Positions 27,931 through 39,256 of a DNA stretch of 64,000 bases are shown piece after piece; the stretch's first letter is position 1; every line of letters starts with the position of its first letter. This stretch comes from Acidimicrobiia bacterium (lineage in GTDB: Bacteria; Actinomycetota; Acidimicrobiia; Acidimicrobiales; Poriferisodalaceae): the NCBI GenBank assembly GCA_022824805.1, contig JAJDZE010000004.1, positions 3,577 to 67,576 on the forward strand, given 5' to 3'. The notes under the pieces are model-generated. The model did not search any database. It was given only the letters and a program-made list of their open reading frames with translations, and was not told where the DNA came from. The position numbers were made by a program, and so were the translations under genes.

Positions 27931-29184
27931 GTGGCCGGTTCTCTCTTCGATGTCCAAGCGAGCAGCGGTGCTTCAGCCAGTGCCGAGTTGCAAGCATGTA
28001 GTTTGAGTGGCGTGGAGACGCGCAGCTCATTGAGCGTGGCTGGCTTGTTCGCTGGCATCGGCGGGATCGAACTGGGTCTGCACGATGCAGGCGCGAGAAC
28101 CGAATTGCTGTGCGAGTCGTGGGCGCCTGCCCAGGAAGTGCTGGCCAATCGGTTCCCAGGCGTGCCGATTGCGGGAGATGTGCGGGATCTGGACCGCCTC
28201 CCCGACGTGGATCTGGTGACTGCAGGGTTTCCCTGCACCGACCTCACCCAAGCCGGGCGGATGCAAGGCATCGGGGGCGAGGCCTCGGGGCTCGTCGCCG
28301 AGGTGTTCCGGCTTCTTCGGGGCCGTCGAGTGCCGCTGCTGATGCTTGAGAACGTGCGCAACATGCTCGTGCTCAACAAGGGCGAGGCCATGCGGTATCT
28401 GGTCGATGAGATCGAAGCGCTCGGTTACCGCTGGGCATACCGACTCGTCGACTCGCGATTCACGGGGGTGCCGCAGCGCCGTCAGCGGGTCATCTTCATC
28501 GCGTCCCTCGATCTTGACCCTCGCTCGGTGCTGTTCGCTGATGAGGCTGGGGAGCCCAGCGATGACCATTTCCGAGACGACGCATTCGGCTTCTACTGGA
28601 CTGAAGGCCACCGCGGCCTCGGCTGGGCGAAAGACGCCGTACCGACACTCAAGAACGGCTCGACCATCGGCATCCCGTCACCGCCGGCCATTTGGAACCC
28701 GGCGGGCCTTGCTGGTGGGCGAATCCTCACGCCTTCCATCGAGGAAGCGGAGCAGATGCAGGGTTTCGAGCGCGGCTGGACTGCGCCTGCGGCGCTGGCG
28801 TCCAATCGGAAGGGCACCCGCTGGAAGCTGGTCGGCAATGCTGTCACCGTGGGAGTGTCACGGTGGGTCGGCGAACGGCTTGCGAGTCCGGGATCACCCG
28901 TGTCCGAGGGCCAACCGCTGCAACGAGGCCAGCGGTGGCCTACGGCTGCCCATGGCGACCGGGGGGCTGTGCGAGCTATGGACCTCTCGCTGTGGCCACG
29001 TCACGAGCGGTATCAGCACCTGTCGGAGGCCGTCGATTTCGCAAGTGCCACGCCGCTTTCTGCCCGTGCGACCGCCGGCTTCTACGGCCGAACTCAGAAG
29101 GGTTCGCTGCGATTCGTCGATCAGTTCCTCGTCGACGTCGCCGAGCACGCAGCCTGCATGGCCGGAAAACTCGCCGCCGCCTGA
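27931..29184 (+). CDS. DNA (cytosine-5)-methyltransferase
   Basis: Motif I LFAGIGG, motif IV GFPCTDLTQAG, motif VI LMLENV, motif VIII QRRQRVIFIAS, motif X LVGNAVTVGV. Start uncertain (GTG 27931, or GTG 28012 closer to motif I). Confidence 0.85.
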   Translation: MAGSLFDVQASSGASASAELQACSLSGVETRSSLSVAGLFAGIGGIELGLHDAGARTELLCESWAPAQEVLANRFPGVPIAGDVRDLDRLPDVDLVTAGFPCTDLTQAGRMQGIGGEASGLVAEVFRLLRGRRVPLLMLENVRNMLVLNKGEAMRYLVDEIEALGYRWAYRLVDSRFTGVPQRRQRVIFIASLDLDPRSVLFADEAGEPSDDHFRDDAFGFYWTEGHRGLGWAKDAVPTLKNGSTIGIPSPPAIWNPAGLAGGRILTPSIEEAEQMQGFERGWTAPAALASNRKGTRWKLVGNAVTVGVSRWVGERLASPGSPVSEGQPLQRGQRWPTAAHGDRGAVRAMDLSLWPRHERYQHLSEAVDFASATPLSARATAGFYGRTQKGSLRFVDQFLVDVAEHAACMAGKLAAA

Positions 29185-29242
29185 CGATGATCGGCCGCAC
29201 CGTTAGCTCGGTGCTGGGGTGCTACGATGTACGCTCGCGAGA

Positions 29243-30085
29243 ATGGATGGGGCGGAGATTCTTGTTGCTTCGCTGCGGCGAGCGCTGATCGCTGACAAGT
29301 ACGGCAACAACTGGCAGTATCACTCGCGTAGCGATCGTCACTCCAAGGTCGCCTGCTGGGGCATAGCGTTCGACCTGCTTCAGACATCCTCGCTGCTGCG
29401 GCACCATGTCGCCGAGGGCAAGGTTGTGATCGGCGTCAACCACACGATGAGGGACTTCGGCACCGGGCGAAAGAAGGATCTGGACTTGGTGCTGGCCCGA
29501 CCGGCAGGCCAGATCGATGAGGGTGTGACGCTCTCAGGACTGGCTCAGCACTATGACGTCGAACTCAGCGGTGATCAACGTCGCCAACTGAACGCGCTGC
29601 CCGACTGCCGGGTGGGACCCGTCGGGGCAGTACTCGTGGCGCTGGAAGCCAAGGCAACGATGACGGCCCACATCAGGGCGTTGCCGCGTTTGTATGACGA
29701 ACTGAACTCGTCGCACCTGTGCGTCCACGGCGCTAGCAAGCAGGCGCTGGCCGTGGGATTCGTGATGGTGAATGCCTCCGACGCCTTCGCTTCCTCAGAC
29801 ATGAACAAGGGTGATATCTCGCAGGGGCTCGCCTTCACGACGGAGCCTCAACCACGCTCCGTGGAGCGAGTGCTGGCGAAGGTGGCGGAGATTCCTCGGC
29901 GGTCGAACGTCAGGGACAACGGCTTCGACGGCATCGGCGTCGTCGTGGTCAATGGCAGAAACGATGGAACGCCGTACACGCTTGAGGACGGCGCGCCAGC
30001 GCCGCGGCCCGGAGAGCCGTTCCACTACGACGGCATGATCGCCCGCATGGCCAACGAGTACGACACCACCTTCGCCAGCATCTGA
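29243..30085 (+). CDS. Putative PD-(D/E)XK restriction endonuclease partner of the MTase
   Basis: I recognise no family, but KKDLDLVLARP ... VLVALEAKATM fits a D...E-x-K nuclease core. Lies immediately downstream of the C5-MTase inside the same insert. Confidence 0.45.
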   Translation: MDGAEILVASLRRALIADKYGNNWQYHSRSDRHSKVACWGIAFDLLQTSSLLRHHVAEGKVVIGVNHTMRDFGTGRKKDLDLVLARPAGQIDEGVTLSGLAQHYDVELSGDQRRQLNALPDCRVGPVGAVLVALEAKATMTAHIRALPRLYDELNSSHLCVHGASKQALAVGFVMVNASDAFASSDMNKGDISQGLAFTTEPQPRSVERVLAKVAEIPRRSNVRDNGFDGIGVVVVNGRNDGTPYTLEDGAPAPRPGEPFHYDGMIARMANEYDTTFASI

Positions 30086-30106
30086 AATGAGATGCACAGC
30101 CACACC

Positions 30107-30166
30107 TTGCTGGCCAACAACATCGCCCCGTCGCTGGAGAACCTCGATGCTGTCGCAGCGGCCTGA
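30107..30166 (+). repeat. Direct repeat copy B (orphan, diverged stub of an SRPBCC 3' end)
   Basis: Encodes ...HTLLANNIAPSLENLDAVAAA* with no upstream gene body; 87 % identical to 27728-27787. Confidence 0.8.
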
Positions 30167-30181
30167 AGGGGACGCTGGCGG

Positions 30182-30826
30182 TCAGCACGCGCCTTCGATG
30201 AGCGCAGCGTCGGCCACCACTTCGCCGGTCCAGCAGTAGAGCAGCACCGTCGGCGTCGCGCCGAAGTCCTGCTGATGCGGCTGCCACGGTGCGTGATGCA
30301 CGGCGTCGCCGGGCTGCGCGGTTCGAGGCACGCCTTCGCCGCTGGTGAACGTCGGCTCGCCGGCCAGCACGTGATACAGCTCCTCGGCCTCATGGTGGTG
30401 GCTGGGGTAGTGCAGGTTCGGTCCCCAGACGCCGATGCCGACTCGCACCGAGCGGTGCTCGACAATTGATGTCGGGCCGATGAGTTGTACGTAGCCGTAG
30501 TTGTCGTGAAAGTCCTGGCTCAGCGCGCCCCTATAGCCGGCGGTCTGGATCCACGGCAGCGCTGGCGCGAGCGACAGGAACTCCTTGAGCACGGCATCCA
30601 CAGCGCCGTCGCCACAGAGCTGGACTGCGTCGAGATGCCGCAGCACCGGCAAGTGCCGGGCTTCGACCACCGCCGGACTGCGGGCGTCGTCGAGTGCATC
30701 GAGCACCGTGGCAACCATCGGGTACTCCGGGACAACCGCTCGGCTGCGATGAAACTCAGCAATCCGCCCCAGCAGCTCATCAATGACGCCCGCCACGCCG
30801 CAATTGTCCCAGCCGCAGCCAGTCAT
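30182..30826 (-). CDS. DMSP lyase (DddL-like) family cupin protein
   Basis: C-terminal part of the 707-aa track ORF from ATG 30826. Contains NLHYPSHHHEAEELYHVLAGE...GDAVHHAPWQPH (cupin metal motifs), as in proteins annotated dimethylsulfoniopropionate lyase family. Confidence 0.6.
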   Translation of the reverse strand: MTGCGWDNCGVAGVIDELLGRIAEFHRSRAVVPEYPMVATVLDALDDARSPAVVEARHLPVLRHLDAVQLCGDGAVDAVLKEFLSLAPALPWIQTAGYRGALSQDFHDNYGYVQLIGPTSIVEHRSVRVGIGVWGPNLHYPSHHHEAEELYHVLAGEPTFTSGEGVPRTAQPGDAVHHAPWQPHQQDFGATPTVLLYCWTGEVVADAALIEGAC

Positions 30827-30936
30827 TAGTGCGCATACGGCTTCACCGGTTCCGCCTTCCGTCGAGTGGGCGGCACCGGTCAGCACACCCAAGACGCGCT
30901 CGCTGGCGGCTGGGCGATTTTTGTCCGGTAGTGGTT

Positions 30937-30964
30937 TTGGACTTTGTCCAGAACCTGATATGGT
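30937..30964 (+). promoter_or_regulatory. Putative furA promoter (TTGGAC-N16-TATGGT) giving a leaderless transcript
   Basis: The -10-like hexamer ends 6 nt before ATG 30971. The short palindrome GGACTTTGTCC overlaps the -35. Mycobacterial furA is known to be essentially leaderless and autoregulated. Confidence 0.35.
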
Positions 30965-30970
30965 CGCCAC

Positions 30971-31411
30971 ATGCCTCGGGACACCGTGCAGATGTTGCGG
31001 GAGCGTGGGATCCAGGTGACCGCGCAGCGGTTGGCGGTGTTCAACGCCGTTGGTGGCCGGCCGCATGCAACTGCTGACGATCTCATCGACGATGTGCGTG
31101 CCAGTATCGGGTCTGTATCCAGACAGGCAGTGTTCGACGCCTTGGCCATGTTGACCGAAGAGGGTCTGATCCGTCGCATCCAGCCGGCACGGTCGGCAGC
31201 CCGATACGAGGACCGGGTCGACGACAACCATCACCACCTGGTGTGTCGGGCCTGCGGCCGGATGGTCGACGTCGACTGCGCCGTGGGGTACCGGCCGTGC
31301 CTTGAGGCCGCCGAAGACCACGGCTTCACGATCGACGAGGCCGAGGTCATCTATTGGGGTATCTGCCCGGTCTGCCAAACAGAGCCCGTCGCCGCCGAGA
31401 GCTCGACATGA
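30971..31411 (+). CDS. furA: Fur family regulator FurA (peroxide-responsive)
   Basis: QRLAVFNAV..., [10 protein letters not shown]...CPVC, located directly upstream of katG. Confidence 0.85.
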   Translation: MPRDTVQMLRERGIQVTAQRLAVFNAVGGRPHATADDLIDDVRASIGSVSRQAVFDALAMLTEEGLIRRIQPARSAARYEDRVDDNHHHLVCRACGRMVDVDCAVGYRPCLEAAEDHGFTIDEAEVIYWGICPVCQTEPVAAESST

Positions 31412-33679
<2,268 letters not shown>

Positions 33680-33727
33680 GCCACGCCGCCGAGCGCGGCA
33701 CTACGTTGGGCGGCAGGGGATGATCCC

Positions 33728-34561
33728 ATGACCCAGCGCCAGCGACCGCTCATGATCGGTGCCACGGCCGCCGATCCGAAGCGTGCCGTCTTCATCTGGA
33801 ACGCCATCCGCAAGTACTTCAACGAGGCTGGCCTCGAGACGGAGTACGCGCTGTATTCCACCTACGACGCCCTGTGCGGAGCGGTGCTCGACGGCCACGT
33901 CGACATTGCCTGGAACGCCCCGATGGCTCACGCACAGCTGCTGCTGCACGCGCCGGGAACCTGCCGGACGCTGGCGATGCGAGACACCGATGAGGACGTC
34001 CACTCGCTGATCGTCGCCAGGCCGGACGCCGCCATTGCCGATCTCGACGATCTGCGTGGGCGGCGTCTGGCATTGGGTGTGGACATCTCCAGCGAGCTAT
34101 ACCTGCTGCCGTCGGCCCAGCTCGCCGCAGACGGCTTCGACATCAAATCGGACTGTGAACTCGTCGAGCTCGAGCCCACCGAGTACTCCAACCTGCAGAT
34201 GTGGGTGGACGACCGAACGATCTTCGGGGCCGTCATGGACGGCCGTGCCGACGCTGGAGTGATCTTCGAGCCATGGCTCGGGTACCTGCTGCGCCGCCAC
34301 GAGCTGGCCCCCGAAGACATCGTCGAGGTGTGGCGCACCCGCCCGTACTGCCACTGCGCCTTCACGTCCAGTCCTGGCCTGAGTGATGAGAGCAGCGAAC
34401 GGTTCACCGAGCTGCTGGTTGCCATGGACCCCGATGATCCCGAGATCGCCGAGATGATGCGCATGGAGCACCTCACCAAGTGGGTGCGCGCCACCGACGA
34501 CGGTTGGACCGACCTCATGACTGCCGTCCAGAACGCCGACCTCGTCGGCAAGATCTTCTAG
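33728..34561 (+). CDS. PhnD-like (phosphonate/phosphite-type) substrate-binding-fold protein, no obvious signal peptide
   Basis: YDALCGAVLDGHVDIAWNAPMAH and RGRRLALGVDISSELYLLP resemble the PF12974 family. Confidence 0.6.
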   Translation: MTQRQRPLMIGATAADPKRAVFIWNAIRKYFNEAGLETEYALYSTYDALCGAVLDGHVDIAWNAPMAHAQLLLHAPGTCRTLAMRDTDEDVHSLIVARPDAAIADLDDLRGRRLALGVDISSELYLLPSAQLAADGFDIKSDCELVELEPTEYSNLQMWVDDRTIFGAVMDGRADAGVIFEPWLGYLLRRHELAPEDIVEVWRTRPYCHCAFTSSPGLSDESSERFTELLVAMDPDDPEIAEMMRMEHLTKWVRATDDGWTDLMTAVQNADLVGKIF

Positions 34562-34583
34562 GCCTATCAGAGAGGAATCTGAC

Positions 34584-35609
34584 ATGTCGAAACCCGCGCT
34601 TGGACTGTTGCTTGGCTTTGAGGACACGATGGCCGACTTTGTCGAGCTGGCCCGTGAGGGCGAGGCCGCGGGGATGGACTCGATGTACACGGTCGAGGCC
34701 GGGCGCAGCGCGTTCGTGTCGGCTGCCGCGGTCATCGCGGCGACCGAGCGGGTCACCGTCGGCACCTACATCGCGAATGCGTATGCCCGGGAGCCGTGGC
34801 TCACGGCGATCGCTGCCCGAGATCTCGACGAGATGAGCGGCGGGCGGTTCACCCTCGGCCTCGGCACGGGCAACCGCCACTTCAACGAGTGGTACATGGG
34901 CGTCGACGACTTCCGGCCGCTCGGCAAGCTGCGCGACTACATCGAGATCGTGCGCGGCGCCGTGGCTGGCCGTGCGGGAGAGCCGGTGCGCTACGAGGGC
35001 GAGCACCACCGGATCCGCTGGCGGGCGAGCTGGGAGCCGACCCGGCCGTCGATACCGGTGTACCTGTCGGCATCGGGACCCAAGATGGTGCGGCTCGCGG
35101 GCGAGGTGGCCGACGGGGTCGGCGTCGGCGTGATGTCGTCGGTCGAATTCATGCGCGACATCGTCCGCCCCGCAGCCCAGCAGGCCGCCGGGGAGGCAGG
35201 CCGAGACCCCGACGGCGTGGGGTTCCTGATGGGGTCGTTCCTGAGCGTCAACGACGACGAAGGGCTGGCCCGCAATGCCGCCAAGGCCACCATCTGCGGG
35301 CTGTTCCACCCGGTACCTCACCCGTACTACGACTCACAGCTGCGTCAGCTCGGCTACGCCGAGTTTGCTGACGCCGCAACCCGGCTGATGCCCGAAGGCC
35401 ACATGCGCGAGGCGATCAGCCTGGTGCCCGACGAGGTGGTCGACACCATGACCATCACCGGGACGCCCGCCCAGTGCGCCAACCGCATCGCCGACTACAG
35501 CGGCCTGATCGCAGAGATCATCCTGTTCCGAGTCCCGCAACGCACCGACCGGCCAGGCCTCGCCGGCTACGAGTCCATGTTCGAGGTCATCTCACTCGCC
35601 AGCACCTGA
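34584..35609 (+). CDS. LLM class (F420/FMN-dependent) oxidoreductase
   Basis: GMDSMYTVEAGRSAF...GRFTLGLGTG is typical of the luciferase-like family. Confidence 0.8.
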   Translation: MSKPALGLLLGFEDTMADFVELAREGEAAGMDSMYTVEAGRSAFVSAAAVIAATERVTVGTYIANAYAREPWLTAIAARDLDEMSGGRFTLGLGTGNRHFNEWYMGVDDFRPLGKLRDYIEIVRGAVAGRAGEPVRYEGEHHRIRWRASWEPTRPSIPVYLSASGPKMVRLAGEVADGVGVGVMSSVEFMRDIVRPAAQQAAGEAGRDPDGVGFLMGSFLSVNDDEGLARNAAKATICGLFHPVPHPYYDSQLRQLGYAEFADAATRLMPEGHMREAISLVPDEVVDTMTITGTPAQCANRIADYSGLIAEIILFRVPQRTDRPGLAGYESMFEVISLAST

Positions 35610-36764
35610 GTCGGTACCGGCACGGCGGTCGATCAGACGTTGGAAGTGGTGTGCCCCGTTCATCGCGGGCACCCGGCCGACGCCGGGGCCCATGTCGCCG
35701 AGCACCGGGAAGCCCGCCTCGACGCGGAAGCTGAAGGGCATCGACTCGGGGAGGAAGCACTCGACGTCGTCACAGGCTTGCCAGCGGACCAGGCCGCTGA
35801 TGGTGACGAAGCGCCCGTCGTCGTCCTTCTGCATGTTCCGTGCGTTCTGTGCAACCGGCAGCCGCAGGACGACATCGCCCTCGTACACGGCGAGGGTGTC
35901 GCCCGAACCAGACAGCGTCAACGGTGAGGTCGGCGGCATCACCGGCTCGTAGGACAGGATCCCGTCGTTGTCGTCGAGCTCGATTGCGGCGGCCACCAAG
36001 CCGTCGGGTACGGGCTCGCTGTACAGATGCTGACCCTCGGGAACCCGGAACGTGGCGACGATCTGGCGTGTGACGCCCATCGGCAGGCGATCGCCGTCGA
36101 TGGCCACGTCCACTGACATCCGATCGGGCGGCCGCTCGATTTCCGGTACATCGAACTCGGTGCCCAGGGCTGCAGCGAGCAGCTGCTCGGGGCCCGGCCG
36201 GATGGCGAAGTTGTGCTCGAAGAACTTCGCCACAACGATGCCGTCTGCATCGACGACGTACGACCCCGGGAACGGCAGGCCGTACCACGGGTGGTCATCG
36301 GGCGGGATCAGCGTGTTGAGAATCCCGAACGACCGGATCACCTCGCTGTCGGGATCCGACAGCAGCGTGAACGTGGTGCCGTGAGCCTCCGCGTAGTCAG
36401 CCAGCGCATCAGGTTCGTCGTAGCTCAGCGCATACAGCCGGACTCCCGCTGCCCGGTAGGCGTCCATGCCTCGTTCCAGCTCGACCAGCTGGGTGCGGCA
36501 GGGCGGTCACCACACAGCCGAGCGATAGAACACCACCACCGCCGGCTGTCCATCGCGGTCGTCGTGCAGGTCCAGCTGACGACCGGTGTGGTCGGTGGCC
36601 ACGATGTCGGGCAGTCGGGTACCGACCTCAGGACCAGTGGGGAAGTCTCCACGCGGGATCCGTCGGCTTCCATGACCTGGCGCCTCAGGCATGTTGAAGC
36701 CTTCGACGTCCTCGTAGTACGGCCCGCTTGTCGGGCCGCCCCTGGTGTCGAGTTCGATTTCCAT
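35592..36764 (-). CDS. PRX_like2 thiol oxidoreductase with DsbD-N-like C-terminal domain, probable selenoprotein with in-frame UGA (Sec) at 36509-36507
   Basis: ORFs 36507..36893 and 35592..36467 share a frame, separated by TGA plus 13 sense codons. Read-through gives PAVVVFYRSAVW-U-PPCRTQLVELERGMDAYRAAGVRLYALSYDEP... A perfect hairpin follows the TGA. The C-terminus VRWQACDDVECFLPE resembles a DsbD N-terminal-type domain. Start at 36764 (MEIELD) chosen over 36893, whose extension looks non-coding. Confidence 0.65.
36467..36500 (-). promoter_or_regulatory. Candidate bacterial SECIS element of selenoprotein 2
   Basis: mRNA reads UGA CCGCCC UGCC GCAC CCAGCU GGUCG AGCUGG AACGA GGCA. It has a perfect 6-bp upper stem, a 5-nt loop GGUCG (G in the first positions, loop starting 20 nt after the UGA), a 4-bp lower stem and an internal loop. 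Folded by eye only. Confidence 0.5.
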
Positions 36765-36900
36765 TTCCCGTTCCGATCGTCTTCCCGCAAGTGCCGAGTC
36801 TCGGCATCGATCATGGCACGCCGATCTTCGACGCTCCCGGTTCGCATGGCTCGCCCCGATCGCGGGGGTTGCCGTCCGGAGTGTTGCGGTCATCTGAGGG

Positions 36901-39183
36901 TTGGGGCGCTACGTTGCGGCGGTGGCCGACACACCATTCGAGGGACGGCGGGAAGACGAGCCGCTGCTGCGCGGACAGAGCACCTACATCGACGGGCTGG
37001 ATACCCCTGAGCTCGCGGGTGCAGCGCATGCCGTTTTCGTGCGATCGGCTGAAGCCCATGCACGCCTCGCCTCCGTCGACGTGACCGACGCCCGGAAGGC
37101 GGCCGGGGTGATCGCTGTGTATCTCGGACCGGAGGTAGACGGCTGGCCATTCCCGCCTCGGCTGCCGTCGATGAACCGCGACCTGTGGCGACCGCTCATG
37201 GCCTACGACACCGTCCGCTTTGTCGGCGAGCCCATTGCGATGGTGATTGCCGAAACCCGTGTCGCAGCAACCGACGCCGCCGAACTCGTGATCGTCGACT
37301 ATGAGCCGCTGCCACCGGTGGTGGATCTGGATTCCAGTCTCGGCGGTGAGACCTTGGTGCACGAACACGCCGGCACCAACGTGGCCTTGGCCTGGGAGCT
37401 CGACCCAGTCCCCAACGAGGTGTGGGACGGCTGCGACGTGACGGTGGAATTCGATCTGGCACATGCGCGCCTCGGGCCGCACCCCATCGAACCCTTGGCC
37501 GGCGCTTCGTCTTGGGGTGACGACGGGCGTTGCACGGCATGGGTGTGCTCGCAGCGGCCAGCCGGCGCCAAGCACGTCATCGAGACGCTGCTCGGTCTCG
37601 AACCTGGCACCGTGCGAGCCATCTCGCCCGATGTCGGTGGTGGCTTCGGCGCCAAGGGCGGCTGGGGCTGCTACCCCGAGGATGTCGCTGTGGCGTGGGC
37701 GGCCCGCGAGCTGGGCAGACCGATCCGCTGGGCGCAGACTCGCTCGGAAGCGTCCCTCGCCATGGGTCACGGTCGGGCATCCCGCCATCGCATCCGCATC
37801 GGCGGCAATCGTGACGGCGCCATCGTGGCCTACGCCGTCGACGCCCTCCAGGACAGCGGGGCGTACCCGGCAATGGGCACCAACGTCACTACCAATCTTC
37901 GCAACAGCGGTACCGGTGTCTACGACATCGCGCACGCCACGCTGCGCGGCACGTCGGTGGTGACGAACACCACGCCCACGGTGGCGTTCCGGGGCGCCGG
38001 CCGACCCGAAGCGGCGTGCTCCATTGAGCGGGCGGTCGATCGGTTTGCTGCAGCGATCGGCCGCGATCCGCTTGAGGTCCGCCTCGCCAATCTCGTGCCA
38101 GCCGACCGGTTCCCGTACCGCACCGCGGTGGGGGCCACCTACGACAGCGGCAACTATCCCGAAGCGCTGGCCATGGCGGCGCATCTGGCCGATTACGAGG
38201 GGCTGCGAGCCGAACAGGCCGCCCGTCGCGTAAGCGGCGACGGCGACACCCTGCTCGGCATCGGCGTGAGCTGCACCACCGAGGTCACCGGCGGCGGCGA
38301 GGGTGAGCGGGCGACAGCGCTGCTGCTCGAAGACGGCACCGTCGACGTGGTCGTGGGAACTTCACCGCACGGGCAAGGGCATGAGACCACCTTCGCCCCG
38401 ATCGTGGCCGACCAGCTCGGCCACGATGTCGATCAGATCGTCATCTCCCACGACGACTCGGACCGCTCGCCTGTGGGCGGGGGCACCATCGGGTCCCGTT
38501 CTGCGCAGCTCGGCGGTTCGGCCGCCCACGGCGCCGCCATCGACCTAGTGGCAGCCGCCCGCGAGCGTGCAGCCGAGATGCTTGAAGCCGACCTCGATGA
38601 CGTCGTGCTCGACTCCGGCCGTGGGCTGTTCCATGTCGTGGGAACGCCGGCCCGGTCGCTCGGCTGGGCCGATGTCGCCACGGGGGGCGAACTCCGCGTC
38701 GATCACCACTTCCGAACCGAGGGCGGAGCTGGATCATTCTCCTTCGGTGCCTGCGTGGCTGCTGTGGAGATCGACCCGGCTACCGGCGAGGTGCAGGTGC
38801 GGCGCTTGCTCAGCGTCGACGACGCCGGCGTGATCCTGCAGCCGGTGCTGGCCCATGGGCAGGTGCACGGCGGCCTCGCACTGGCCGTCGGGGCGGCGTT
38901 GTACGAGGAGATGTACTACGACGACGATGGCATCCCGATGACGGTCGGGCTGGCCGACTACGCCTTGCCGTCCGCTGCGGAGCTGCCGCACTTCGAGACC
39001 CACGAGACGGTGACGCCCTCGCCGCTCAATCCGCTGGGCGTCAAGGGCCTCGGCGAGTCTGGGACGGTAGTGGCAACCCCGGCTATCCACAGTGCAGTGC
39101 TCGATGCGCTGGCGCCGTTCGGCGTCGAGCATCTGGATCTGCCGCTGACCCCCGAGAAGATCTGGCGCGCTCTGCGGACCTAG
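36901..39183 (+). CDS. Xanthine dehydrogenase/aldehyde oxidase family molybdopterin-binding (large) subunit
   Basis: 760 aa; EDEPLLRGQSTYIDGL N-terminus, DVGGGFGAKGG, two a/b-hammerhead plus Mo-binding domains. TTG start is uncertain. Confidence 0.85.
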   Translation: MGRYVAAVADTPFEGRREDEPLLRGQSTYIDGLDTPELAGAAHAVFVRSAEAHARLASVDVTDARKAAGVIAVYLGPEVDGWPFPPRLPSMNRDLWRPLMAYDTVRFVGEPIAMVIAETRVAATDAAELVIVDYEPLPPVVDLDSSLGGETLVHEHAGTNVALAWELDPVPNEVWDGCDVTVEFDLAHARLGPHPIEPLAGASSWGDDGRCTAWVCSQRPAGAKHVIETLLGLEPGTVRAISPDVGGGFGAKGGWGCYPEDVAVAWAARELGRPIRWAQTRSEASLAMGHGRASRHRIRIGGNRDGAIVAYAVDALQDSGAYPAMGTNVTTNLRNSGTGVYDIAHATLRGTSVVTNTTPTVAFRGAGRPEAACSIERAVDRFAAAIGRDPLEVRLANLVPADRFPYRTAVGATYDSGNYPEALAMAAHLADYEGLRAEQAARRVSGDGDTLLGIGVSCTTEVTGGGEGERATALLLEDGTVDVVVGTSPHGQGHETTFAPIVADQLGHDVDQIVISHDDSDRSPVGGGTIGSRSAQLGGSAAHGAAIDLVAAARERAAEMLEADLDDVVLDSGRGLFHVVGTPARSLGWADVATGGELRVDHHFRTEGGAGSFSFGACVAAVEIDPATGEVQVRRLLSVDDAGVILQPVLAHGQVHGGLALAVGAALYEEMYYDDDGIPMTVGLADYALPSAAELPHFETHETVTPSPLNPLGVKGLGESGTVVATPAIHSAVLDALAPFGVEHLDLPLTPEKIWRALRT

Positions 39184-39256
39184 CGGCCGTCAGGATCGTC
39201 CAGCAGCTCCCGAGCCTTTTCGAATCTTGAGTTGGCGATGCCGTCCGTGCCTGGCA

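Larger units (their letters stand above)
27788..30106. mobile_element. About 2.3-kb inserted cassette carrying a type II R-M gene pair; no integrase/transposase
   Basis: Bracketed by two versions of the SRPBCC 3' end. G+C is visibly lower than the flanks (by eye). Contains only the MTase and a PD-(D/E)XK gene. Confidence 0.6.
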
